DNA of 16,757 bases from Candidatus Methylomirabilota bacterium (GTDB lineage: Bacteria; Methylomirabilota; Methylomirabilia; Rokubacteriales; CSP1-6), in assembly GCA_046726415.1 (NCBI GenBank), contig JBKPAK010000188.1:1-16757 (forward strand), in the 5' to 3' direction. The translations under genes were made by a program, and so were the position numbers. A model generated the notes under the pieces. It was given only the letters and a program-made list of their open reading frames with translations, had not been told where the DNA came from and searched no databases. The first letter of the stretch is position 1. Each line of letters begins with the position of its first letter. Of this stretch, positions 1 through 8,046 are shown in pieces.

Positions 1-10
1 AGGCGGCCTA

Positions 11-421
11 GTGGCCGATCGACTCACCCTCGAGATCGCGACTCCGACGCGGCAGATCGTGGCGGACACGGTCGACGAGGTCGTCGCTCCCGGCACGGAA
101 GGGTACTTCGGCGTCCTGCCCGGTCACGCGCCGTTCTTGACAACCCTCGGCATCGGGGAGGTCACCTACAGGATCGGCCGTGAGGAGTACCACCTGGCCG
201 TGGCCGGGGGGTTCGCCGAGGTTCGCCATGACAAGGTCATCATGCTGCTCGACATCGCGGAGCGTCCGGGTGAGATCGATCGGGCGCGAGCCGAGCGAGC
301 CCGCGAGCGGGCGGAGCGCCGGTTGGCGGGACGAACCCAGGAAGACGTCGACTACACCCGCGCGCTCGCTGCGCTCATGCGAGCCCTCACCCGCCTGATC
401 GTTGCCGGCCGCGGCCAATAG
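11..421 (+). CDS. atpC: F0F1 ATP synthase subunit epsilon
   Basis: LEIATP...VVAPGTEGYFGVLPGHAPFLTTL, VAGGFAEV and a C-terminal helical EIDRARAERARERAE region are typical of epsilon. The GTG start overlaps a TAG at 9-11, probably the atpD stop. Confidence 0.97.
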   Translation: MADRLTLEIATPTRQIVADTVDEVVAPGTEGYFGVLPGHAPFLTTLGIGEVTYRIGREEYHLAVAGGFAEVRHDKVIMLLDIAERPGEIDRARAERARERAERRLAGRTQEDVDYTRALAALMRALTRLIVAGRGQ

Positions 422-488
422 GAGCGCGTCGGGGGAAACTCGTTCGAGTGGCCGTGGCCCCTCCAATCCCATGACGCCGCTGCCCTGA

Positions 489-1235
489 GTGCTGGGCAGC
501 GTGCACGTCTCCGACAGCAGACTGGTCGGCGCCCCCTTGCGAATCGCCGTCTCCAGCGACTATCTCCGATGGCATGCCCTTCGCTTGACGCTGGGCATGT
601 CGACCAGCCTCGAGCCCGCTTCCGACGATGTCGCACGAGCCTACCGCTGGCTGACCGCCGCCCAGGGCCGCCCGTCGCGGACAACCGCCATCGCAGGCGA
701 TGAGCTCTGGCGGCAGCGCGCGGCCCGCGGGCTCCTGCGGGCCCTCGCCACGGCGGTGGAGCGGGTGGAACCCCGCGCGCGCGGCCATGCCGAACGGGTC
801 GGCGGGCTCAGCCGACGTCTCGCCCTCTGCCTCGGACTCACGCCGGAGGAGGCCGAGATCGTCTGCCAGGCTGGGCTTCTGCACGACATCGGCAACATCG
901 GAAGGCCGTCGGGGAACGAAGGCGTCGAGCGCCGGCACCCGATGATCGGTGCGCAGCTCGTCGCTCCCTTCGAGTTCCTCGCCCTCGCCGCGCCCATGAT
1001 CAGACATCATCACGAGCGGCTCGACGGCAGCGGCTATCCCGACGGCTTGCGGGGCGCCACCATTCCTGTCGGCGCACGTATCATCGCGGTGGCCGACGAG
1101 TACGATCACCTCACCACCGCGGCCGCGGGTCCGGCGCTGTCACACGATGCGGCGGTCGTCCATCTTGCCCAGCAGGGGGATCGAACGCTCGACGGCAGCG
1201 TGCTCTCGGCCCTCATCGACCTGTCGCTTCCTTGA
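489..1235 (+). CDS. HD-GYP domain metal-dependent phosphohydrolase (atypical); start uncertain, ATG at 597 is an alternative
   Basis: [30 protein letters not shown] and GARIIAVAD motifs. Confidence 0.88.
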   Translation: MLGSVHVSDSRLVGAPLRIAVSSDYLRWHALRLTLGMSTSLEPASDDVARAYRWLTAAQGRPSRTTAIAGDELWRQRAARGLLRALATAVERVEPRARGHAERVGGLSRRLALCLGLTPEEAEIVCQAGLLHDIGNIGRPSGNEGVERRHPMIGAQLVAPFEFLALAAPMIRHHHERLDGSGYPDGLRGATIPVGARIIAVADEYDHLTTAAAGPALSHDAAVVHLAQQGDRTLDGSVLSALIDLSLP

Positions 1236-1260
1236 CACTGCGCGTCGCGGACGGTAGTGT
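1232..1260 (+). promoter_or_regulatory. sigma70-type promoter for the DUF507-ubiX operon
   Basis: TTGACA (1232-1237), 17-bp spacer, TAGTGT (1255-1260); the -35 box overlaps the HD-GYP stop codon. Confidence 0.7.
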
Positions 1261-1268
1261 GGGCGCGT

Positions 1269-1547
1269 ATGTCGCGGCGGGAAGAGGTCGCAGGTCGCAT
1301 GGCCGATGCCATCCTGAAGCGCCTCTCCACCAGGCGCATCATCGAATGCAAGGACGAGGGACCCGCCCGCACCGCCATCCGTCAGGTTGTACTCGATAAC
1401 ATCGCCCTCGAAGAGCGCCTCGACACCGATGCGCGGCAGCTCCTGCTCGAGCACGCCAAAGCCATCAAGGAATCGGGCGCCGAGTACCGCCAACTCCTCG
1501 GCAAGGTCAAGGAAAAACTGGCGCGGGAACGGGGCTTCATCCTCTAA
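1269..1547 (+). CDS. DUF507 family protein
   Basis: C-terminal KVKEKLARERGFIL and the EERLDTDARQLL helix match DUF507. ATG 1269 is preferred over GTG 1257, which lies inside the -10 box. Confidence 0.8.
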   Translation: MSRREEVAGRMADAILKRLSTRRIIECKDEGPARTAIRQVVLDNIALEERLDTDARQLLLEHAKAIKESGAEYRQLLGKVKEKLARERGFIL

Positions 1548-1822
1548 TGCGGATGAGTCGCGAGCGGATCTTCCACCTCGCGGATCTCATCATCAAGGAG
1601 CTGGGGGCCACGCCCGGCGTCCAGGTCAAGGCTCCAGACGATATCCGGCCCGAAATCGTGCGCATTCTCACCGAGGAGTCCAAGCTCGACGACTCCATCG
1701 ATGTGGAGGTCCGGAAGATCCTCGGCTCGTACGCGCGGCCGGCGCCGGAAGGTAGTCGCGAGTGGGAGGTGCTCTACCAGAAGACCCGCGGCGAGGTTCT
1801 CCGGAGACGCTTTCGCACGTGA
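1547..1822 (+). CDS. DUF507 family protein (second paralogue)
   Basis: MRMSRERIFHLA start and IDVEVRKILGSY...PEGSREWEVLYQK; TAATG overlap with the upstream gene. Confidence 0.85.
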   Translation: MRMSRERIFHLADLIIKELGATPGVQVKAPDDIRPEIVRILTEESKLDDSIDVEVRKILGSYARPAPEGSREWEVLYQKTRGEVLRRRFRT

Positions 1823-2415
1823 AGCGGCTGGTGGTCGGCATGAGCGGCGCCACCGGCTCTCTCTACGGCATCCGCCTCCTGCAAGTGCTGCGCGACGTCG
1901 CCGACGTCGAGACCCATCTCATCCTGTCGGCTCCCGCCAAGCGGACGCTCGTCGAGGAGACCGACTACGGCGTGGCCGAGGTGGAGGCGCTGGCCGACCA
2001 CCGATACGACAACCGGGACATCGGTGCCACCATCGCCTCGGGTTCCTTCCGCACGGCGGGCATGGTCATCGCGCCGTGCAGCGTGAAAACGGCAGGCGCC
2101 ATCGCCGCATGCTACTCCGATAACCTCATCGCCCGCGCCGCCGACGTCACCCTGAAGGAGGGCCGTCCGCTCATCGTGCTCTTCCGCGAGACACCGCTGC
2201 ACGTGGGGCACCTCAAGTGTTTGCTGGCCCTCGCGGAAATGGGTGCCGTCGTCCTGCCACCCATGCCGGCGTTCTACCACCGTCCCAAGGACATCGACGA
2301 CGTCGTGAATCACACCGTGGCGCGCGTCCTGGATCGGCTGGGACTGCCGCAGACGCTCGTGGCGGAGTGGCAGGGGACGCACAGCCGGTCGGGTTCCGGT
2401 GCTGGCCGCGCCTGA
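1819..2415 (+). CDS. ubiX: UbiX/Pad1 family flavin prenyltransferase
   Basis: KRLVVGMSGATG, IASGSF, IAPCSVKT, NLIARAADVTLKE, RETPLH and PPMPAFY motifs; start at the GTGA overlap (1819). Confidence 0.96.
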   Translation: MKRLVVGMSGATGSLYGIRLLQVLRDVADVETHLILSAPAKRTLVEETDYGVAEVEALADHRYDNRDIGATIASGSFRTAGMVIAPCSVKTAGAIAACYSDNLIARAADVTLKEGRPLIVLFRETPLHVGHLKCLLALAEMGAVVLPPMPAFYHRPKDIDDVVNHTVARVLDRLGLPQTLVAEWQGTHSRSGSGAGRA

Positions 2416-3145
2416 TCTCTCCATCGTCCTCCCCGTGTACAACGAGGAGCAGAGCCTCGCGCCACTGTGGGCCGAGCTGAGCGAGGTGCTGGACGGCACC
2501 GGGCTCGAGTACGAGGTCGTCTTCATCGACGATGGCAGCCGCGATCGCAGCGCCGAGATCATCCGCAGCTTCCGCGAGGCCTCGCCGCGCGTGCGCCTGG
2601 TCCGGCTCAAGGAGAACGCCGGCGAGACGGCGGCCACCGATGCCGGCTTCAAAGCCGCGCGGGGACGCCTGGTGGTCAGCATGGACGCCGACCTACAGAA
2701 CAATCCCCACGACATTCCGGGTCTGCTCGGGCATCTCGACCGCTGGGACGTCGTCACCGGCTGGCGGACGCGCCGCGCCGATGGCGATTCGATCGTCCGG
2801 CGCGCCTCCTCGCGCATCGCCAACCGCATCCGCAACGGCCTCACCGGGGAGAGCATCCAGGACAGCGGCTGTACCTTTCGCGCCTTCCGCCGGGAATGTC
2901 TCCGCGATCTCGTGCTCTACCGCGGCTTCCATCGCTTCATCCCCCAGCTCTTGAGGATGCGTGGGTTTCGTGTCATCGAGGTCCCCGTCAATCACCGCCC
3001 CCGACGCTTCGGTCAGTCAAAATACGGCGTCATGAATCGCGCCTTCGTCGCCTTCGCCGACCTCCTGGTCGTCCGCTGGATGAAGAGCCGCCGGCTCCGC
3101 TACGAGATCACCGAAGATCTCGGAGGCGACCTGATCCGGGAGTAG
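2399..3145 (+). CDS. Glycosyltransferase family 2 (DPM1/ArnC-like polyprenol-phosphate glycosyltransferase)
   Basis: LSIVLPVYNEE, IDDGSRD, MDADLQN, DSGCTFRAFRRE, HRFIP and HRPRRFGQSKYG motifs. Confidence 0.93.
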   Translation: MLAAPDLSIVLPVYNEEQSLAPLWAELSEVLDGTGLEYEVVFIDDGSRDRSAEIIRSFREASPRVRLVRLKENAGETAATDAGFKAARGRLVVSMDADLQNNPHDIPGLLGHLDRWDVVTGWRTRRADGDSIVRRASSRIANRIRNGLTGESIQDSGCTFRAFRRECLRDLVLYRGFHRFIPQLLRMRGFRVIEVPVNHRPRRFGQSKYGVMNRAFVAFADLLVVRWMKSRRLRYEITEDLGGDLIRE

Positions 3146-3154
3146 CCTCCCAGG

Positions 3155-4129
3155 ATGACGCTCCTCCTGATCGGGTTGGGCCGCTGGGGGGACAAGCACC
3201 TGCGTGTCCTGCGCGAACTAGGCGAAGACCTGTGGGTCGCCGACCTCTCGGCTACCCGGCGGGCCTGGGCCGAACAGCACGGCGTTCCGCCAGGGCGCGT
3301 GGTAAAGGACTACCGCGAGGCGTTAGCCGCCGTCGATGCGGTCGATGTCGTCACGCCGGCCGATAGCCACCAGACGATCGTTGAGACCTGCCTGGCCGCC
3401 GGCCGGTCGTGCTTCGTGGAAAAGCCGCTCAGCATCACCTCGGCCGAGGGCCGCGCGCTGGCCGAGGCGGCGCGCGCGGCGGGGAAGGTCCTCCAAGTCG
3501 GCCACATCTTCCGCTTCCATGCCGTCACCGCCGCCTTGCGGGCGGCGCTCCGCGATGGGCGCATCGGCTCCGTGCGCTACGCCACCGGGCGGTTCGCCGG
3601 CTTCAAGCGCCCGCGCACCGACGTGGGCGTCACGCATACCGATGCCATCCACTATGTCGATCTGTTCGCGTACCTCCTCGAACGTCACCCGACGGACGTG
3701 ATGGCGCTGCAGCGCGACTATCTGGGCCGCGGCCTCGACGACATGTCGGTGCTGGTCGTGAACTATGGAAACGTGCCGGCGGTGGTGGAAGCCAACTACT
3801 TCGTCCCCGGCACCCAGCGCGAGTGCGTGATCGTGGGGGAAGCGGGAAGCCTCGTTGCCGACTTCGGCGCAGGGACGGCGACGCTCTTTGCGCAGGAATT
3901 CGCGAAGAGCGGCGGGCTATGGGAAGCAGTCGACCGGGGCAAGGAAAGCCTCCCAGTTGGCGACGGCGAGCCCTTGAAGCTCGAGCTGGCGGCCTTCCTG
4001 GCCGCCTGCACCGGCCGTGGGCCAAACCTGGCTCCGGCCGACGTCGGCGTGCGCGCGCTCGCGGTCGTGGAGGCGGCGGCCCGATCCTCAGCCCTGGGAC
4101 GAGTCGTCAGCCTGGACGAGATCGCCTGA
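3155..4129 (+). CDS. Gfo/Idh/MocA family NAD(P)-dependent oxidoreductase
   Basis: Rossmann IGLGRWG, VTPADSH, FVEKPL, QVGHIFRF and DAIHYVD motifs. Confidence 0.93.
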   Translation: MTLLLIGLGRWGDKHLRVLRELGEDLWVADLSATRRAWAEQHGVPPGRVVKDYREALAAVDAVDVVTPADSHQTIVETCLAAGRSCFVEKPLSITSAEGRALAEAARAAGKVLQVGHIFRFHAVTAALRAALRDGRIGSVRYATGRFAGFKRPRTDVGVTHTDAIHYVDLFAYLLERHPTDVMALQRDYLGRGLDDMSVLVVNYGNVPAVVEANYFVPGTQRECVIVGEAGSLVADFGAGTATLFAQEFAKSGGLWEAVDRGKESLPVGDGEPLKLELAAFLAACTGRGPNLAPADVGVRALAVVEAAARSSALGRVVSLDEIA

Positions 4130-4284
4130 CCTGGCGGCGGCTCGGGTCGAGCGCCCGATCCACATCGACGGCCCTCGCGGGCGCCCACGTGCGAGAGGTG
4201 CCCGGCAACGGGATTTGCTCTACCATCTCGACACCGGCGGGACTGGAGTTCGCCGTCGCAAGACATGCCTCCAGGGAGGTTCGT

Positions 4285-4461
4285 ATGACCGGCTGGACGT
4301 GGCTTCTCATTCCGGTCGGCGTCATCATCGCGCTCGTTTCCCTGCTCGCCGACACCCTTCGGCTCGGCGGAGATCCGACGGTCTTCGGCTGGAAGCAGAT
4401 TCTCGGGCTCGTGGTGGGGCTGGCGCTCATCGGCTATGGCGTCTGGCGTCTCCGGAGGTAG
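4285..4461 (+). CDS. Small (58 aa) two-helix membrane protein
   Basis: SD GGGAGG just upstream of the ATG; MTGWTWLLIPVGVIIALVSLLAD...FGWKQILGLVVGLALIGYGVWRLRR has two hydrophobic segments and a basic C-terminus. Confidence 0.75.
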   Translation: MTGWTWLLIPVGVIIALVSLLADTLRLGGDPTVFGWKQILGLVVGLALIGYGVWRLRR

Positions 4462-4547
4462 ACGGACCTCGCCGAACACGTGGGAGCCTCTCAGGTCGCA
4501 TCGGGTACACTCGGGAGGGAAGGTCCAGGGGCCCCCTTGGTTCTGTG

Positions 4548-4634
4548 TGGTGCCGAAGGGGGGACTCGAACCCCCACACCCTTGCGGGCACATGACCCTG
4601 AATCATGCGCGTCTGCCAATTCCGCCACTTCGGC
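4548..4634 (-). tRNA. tRNA-Leu (anticodon CAG)
   Basis: Reverse complement reads GCCGAAGTGGCGGAATTGGCAGACGCG-CATGA-TTCAGGG-TCATG, long variable arm, GGGGGTTCGAGTCCCCC, CTTCGGC-ACCA; 87 nt with encoded CCA. Confidence 0.98.
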
Positions 4635-4655
4635 TCGAACGCAGGTGAGCATCCG

Positions 4656-4685
4656 ATGATACCGCCGCTCCGCGCGGTCTTTCAA
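4656..4685 (-). promoter_or_regulatory. sigma70-type promoter for tRNA-Leu
   Basis: On the minus strand: TTGAAA (4685-4680), 18-bp spacer, TATCAT (4661-4656), 21 nt upstream of the tRNA 5' end. Confidence 0.6.
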
Positions 4686-4691
4686 GGCGCC

Positions 4692-4761
4692 GAGGCGGCT
4701 GAGTCGTGACCGTCGGTCGCGGCGAGGAGGCGGCTGAGTCATGATCGTCGGTCGCGGCGAG
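4692..4761. repeat. 35-bp tandem direct repeat (2 copies, 33/35 identical)
   Basis: GAGGCGGCTGAGTCGTGACCGTCGGTCGCGGCGAG (4692-4726) followed by GAGGCGGCTGAGTCATGATCGTCGGTCGCGGCGAG (4727-4761). Confidence 0.9.
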
Positions 4762-4775
4762 AGGATGGCGGCGCG

Positions 4776-5249
4776 ATGACCGTGGGCGACGAGCTGAAGC
4801 CGATCGCCATCAACCGGCGGGCCCGGCACGAGTACGCGATCCTCGAAACCCTCGAGGCTGGACTGGTCCTTCGGGGTACCGAGGTGAAGTCGCTTCGCGC
4901 CGGGCAGGTCACCTTCAAGGACTCGTACGCGACGATCCGGAACAACGAAGCGTGGCTGCGCGGCTGCCACATCAGTCCCTACAGCCATGGGACGGACGCC
5001 AACCATGAGCCCGAGCGCGACCGGAAGCTTCTCCTGCACCAGAGGGAGATCGCGCGCCTCACCGGCAAGGTCGCCGAGCGCGGATTGACCATCGTCCCAC
5101 TTCGCCTATACTTCAAGAAGGGTCGCGCGAAGCTCGAGCTGGGGCTGGCGCGCGGCAAGAAGCTCCACGACAAGCGGTCGAGCCTGCGCGAGCGTGAGGT
5201 CCAGCGAGAGATGTACCGGGCCGCGCGTGGCAGCCGCCGGGAGTGGTGA
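4776..5249 (+). CDS. smpB: SsrA-binding protein
   Basis: NRRARHEY, EAGLVLRGTEVKSLR, RDRKLLLH and ARGKKLHDKR motifs; adjacent to tmRNA. Confidence 0.98.
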   Translation: MTVGDELKPIAINRRARHEYAILETLEAGLVLRGTEVKSLRAGQVTFKDSYATIRNNEAWLRGCHISPYSHGTDANHEPERDRKLLLHQREIARLTGKVAERGLTIVPLRLYFKKGRAKLELGLARGKKLHDKRSSLREREVQREMYRAARGSRREW

Positions 5250-5260
5250 CCTTGGAACAA

Positions 5261-5617
5261 GGGGGCGACAGGCTTCGACGGGAACCAGTGAGGTCCAGGC
5301 TGCGTCTCGAGGTTTCTCTCCCCTCGTTAAATAGAGAGAACGGCATAGCTGCCGACACTCAGCTAGCCCTGGCGGCCTAACACCCGCCAGCGTCCGCCGG
5401 ATCGGGTCAACGGGGTCCGGGAACGGGCGTCATACTCCGGTGGCTGGCCCCGAACTTGGCCTCAGGGGAAGGGCGAGACATATGAGGCTGGCCCCGAGGC
5501 CCTCCTGTCGGCTGGACGGCTTCCGGGGCGAGAAGCGGTAAAGTAAACCGACTATCGACGTAGACGCCTGCGGCTGAGGGTTTTCGGACGTGGGTTCGAT
5601 TCCCACCGCCTCCACCA
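5261..5617 (+). ncRNA. ssrA: tmRNA; tag peptide (A)ADTQLALAA* encoded at 5351-5380
   Basis: 5' end GGGGGCGACAGGCTTCGACGGG, 3' end GACGTGGGTTCGATTCCCACCGCCTCCACCA, internal GCC GAC ACT CAG CTA GCC CTG GCG GCC TAA; 357 nt; 11 bp after smpB. Confidence 0.97.
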
Positions 5618-5670
5618 AGCCAACCCAGGCACCATACGAGCGAGCGGCAACTGACTATCCGCGAGCCGCG

Positions 5671-7720
5671 CTAGAACTCCAGGCGGTATAGCCGAACCCA
5701 CAGATCCGGTTCCGTTCCCCCTTCCTTCTTGACGTTGAAGCAGTCGCCGCCGTCCGGCGCTACCACTGGAGTCGTGCGCCACAAGGAGGGCTTCTGGGAG
5801 AGCTGCTGGCGGAACTCCTCGGTCGCCCAGATCTGCCCAGGCAGCACATGGGGCTCCACCCGGGACGCACACAGAATGGCGTCTCCGCCCACCACGATCG
5901 GCGGCGTATCCCCGGCGCCCGGCCGAAGATGTACCTCACCATAATGCAGGGCCACACGAAGACGAGGCTGGCCCACGGCCTGGTACACGTCGTCTACGAT
6001 GTGCCGTGCGGCCTGGGCGAGGGCCACGGGATCGTCGTGGGCGATCAAGACAGAGTCTCCGGCACCGGTCTCCGCGACCGGGGTCCCGCGGGCCCACCGG
6101 CTCACGGCCTCTTCCAGGGCGCGTCGAACCGGACCATCGGCTCGGGCCCGCATCAGGCCGCCAAAGCCGTACACGTCACCCTTGAGCACGCAAAACGTGT
6201 GCACGCTGGTCGGCCTCTCGGCGCTTTCCATCTCCCGCCACGGCCGGCCGTAGCCGGTGATATTCACGCGGTCGATGCGCTGCAGATACGTCGGATTCAG
6301 CCGCCCGATCACGTCCGACAGCACCGGGTGGACCAGGTAGAGGGTGGCCCGCGGCAGCACGCCGTCTGGCTCGAGAGTCGCCTCGCCCGGACGCAGGAAC
6401 CGCTGCGCCCACTCCCCGCGGACCCGGTCCTGGTGGACGTAGCCCAGGAGCCCGACGCGGTACAGCGCACAGAAGACGTGCTTCTCCTCTCCGCCGGTCG
6501 CCACACTGTGCTCCAGGAAGAGTCTCTCCACGTCCTCGCGGGTCAGCACGTGCCCGGGGAGGAGCGGCAGGAGCCGCTCGATTTCCAGGCCGCTGACGTA
6601 AGGGGCGATCTCGGCCAGGTATTCGTAGGCAATCTCGGAGGCGGCCTGGTGGACCACCTCCTTCACCTGGTATTCGCTGCGCCGCTCGTCTGCCCGGAGC
6701 GCGGCCAGGCGCTCGCCGATGGTCATCAGGTCGCGCGGTCGGAGCAACGTGTGCCGGCAGATGTACTCGAAGCCCGTCTTCTTGTTCACGCGTATAGGTG
6801 TCCATCACCGTGGTCCGCCCCAGGAAGGCCTCGAGAGGATCAGCCCGCGCCCGCTCGGGCCGTGCCATCTGGTCGCTCTTCACGAGGCGAACGTTGTTGA
6901 CGAAGATCTCCCGGAGGCTCTGGATGGAGTACGAAATGTCGACGGCACTGCCGCGATACTGCTGGGCCATCGCCGTCGTCTGCGGAAGGCGGGCGTACGC
7001 CTCCTTTCGCACGGCGGCAAAGACCTTGAGATGATGGTTGATGCGGCGCAGCTGATACGCGACCTCCACCAGGCCGAGTTGCGCAAAGGACCACACGTTG
7101 GGTGACAGCTCGCCGCTGATGCTCGGATGGGCCGTGAGGCCCTCCACATGCTTGGTAAAGTACTCGTCGACACCGTCGATGAAGATGGCGACCGGCGACT
7201 TGACCGCCCGCAGACGCGGTACCAGATGCCCGTCGGTATCGGTGCCGCAGCGGTGGAGCTCGCTCGGCGTGAAGTCGAGGAGACGGACGAAGTGATCGAT
7301 GACCCCGTGGAGCTCTTCGTCGGCAATCAGGCTCGTCAGTCGGGGGCCGACCTTCAGACCGTCCGCCGCACCGACGTACTTCAGCGTGGCCACGGAGATC
7401 GCCGTGAGCCACGTCTTGGACCACGGGAGCGGAGAGGCGGCGAAGAAGGCGAGTGACTCCCGGCCGAAGATCTTGTCGCCGATCGGCTTGTCGAGCAGGT
7501 TGCCGACGGGCAGGCAGGCGGCCCGTCCCTCGCGCTGGTAGAGAATCCGCTTGGCCTTGAGGAGCAGGGTCTTTCCGAACCCCTTGGTGCCGATGACGAT
7601 GAACTTGTCGTCCCGGTCCGGACTCAGGAAGCCGTCGATTTCTGGAGTGCGGTGGAGCAGGGACTCGTCGAAGTCCTCCGCCACGCGGATGTCGTCGGCG
7701 TCCACGGTCCATGCGCGCAT
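5671..7720 (-). pseudogene. Sll1717/FunZ-like P-loop ATPase fused to a C-terminal class III nucleotidyl cyclase-like domain; one-base frameshift near 6773-6775 (true lesion or sequence error)
   Basis: ATG at 7720 with SD GGGAG; Walker A GTKGFGKT; Walker B IFIDGVDE; after the frame change, RHTLLRPRD; cyclase motifs KGDVYGF, GAGDSV, RLRVALHYG and GDAILCASRVEP. Removing one G of GGG gives ...EQEDGFEYICRH and one 682-aa ORF. Confidence 0.8.
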
Positions 7721-8046
7721 GCGATCTCCCGAGCGCGGTCGAATGCTACGAGCATAGCCGCTCAAATGCCGGTCTTCCAGCCGGCAGAAGAGCGATGACA
7801 CCGTGCGGCGAGAACGAAGCCGACTCCGCAAGAATGGCGCGATTGGACGATGCTCAATGTGGGCGGCGCCGAGAAGACTCGGCGGAGAACGGCTTCTTCT
7901 CGACGGGTCGAGCTGGAGGGCGGCTGTGTATCCGGTGGGCACCTTCAGGAGTCCCTTGCGCGCCGCCTCGCGCCCTTCATATCCTATGGCGCGACCCGGG
8001 GAACAGCCACACGGTGCTTGGGGCGAGGGCCACCCGGAAGGAGGCG

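Noticed and set aside
4525-4540. CCAGGGGCCCCCTTGG as a terminator after tRNA-Leu
   Set aside because: Short imperfect stem with almost no loop and no convincing U-tract.
4692-4761. CRISPR array interpretation of the 35-bp repeat
   Set aside because: Two adjacent copies with no spacer, and no cas genes in the window.
5590-5700. Intact integrative element or prophage at tmRNA or tRNA-Leu
   Set aside because: No integrase, no phage genes and no duplicated att sequence found by eye in the window.
489-7720. HD-GYP protein and cyclase as a single make/break signalling system
   Set aside because: They are over 4 kb apart on opposite strands and separated by housekeeping genes; nothing in the sequence links them.
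6176-7942. 588-aa ORF taken as a complete gene
   Set aside because: Only 7720 to ~6776 looks like real coding sequence. The N-terminal extension lies upstream of the SD/ATG and the R/P/G-rich tail is off-frame read-through past the frameshift.
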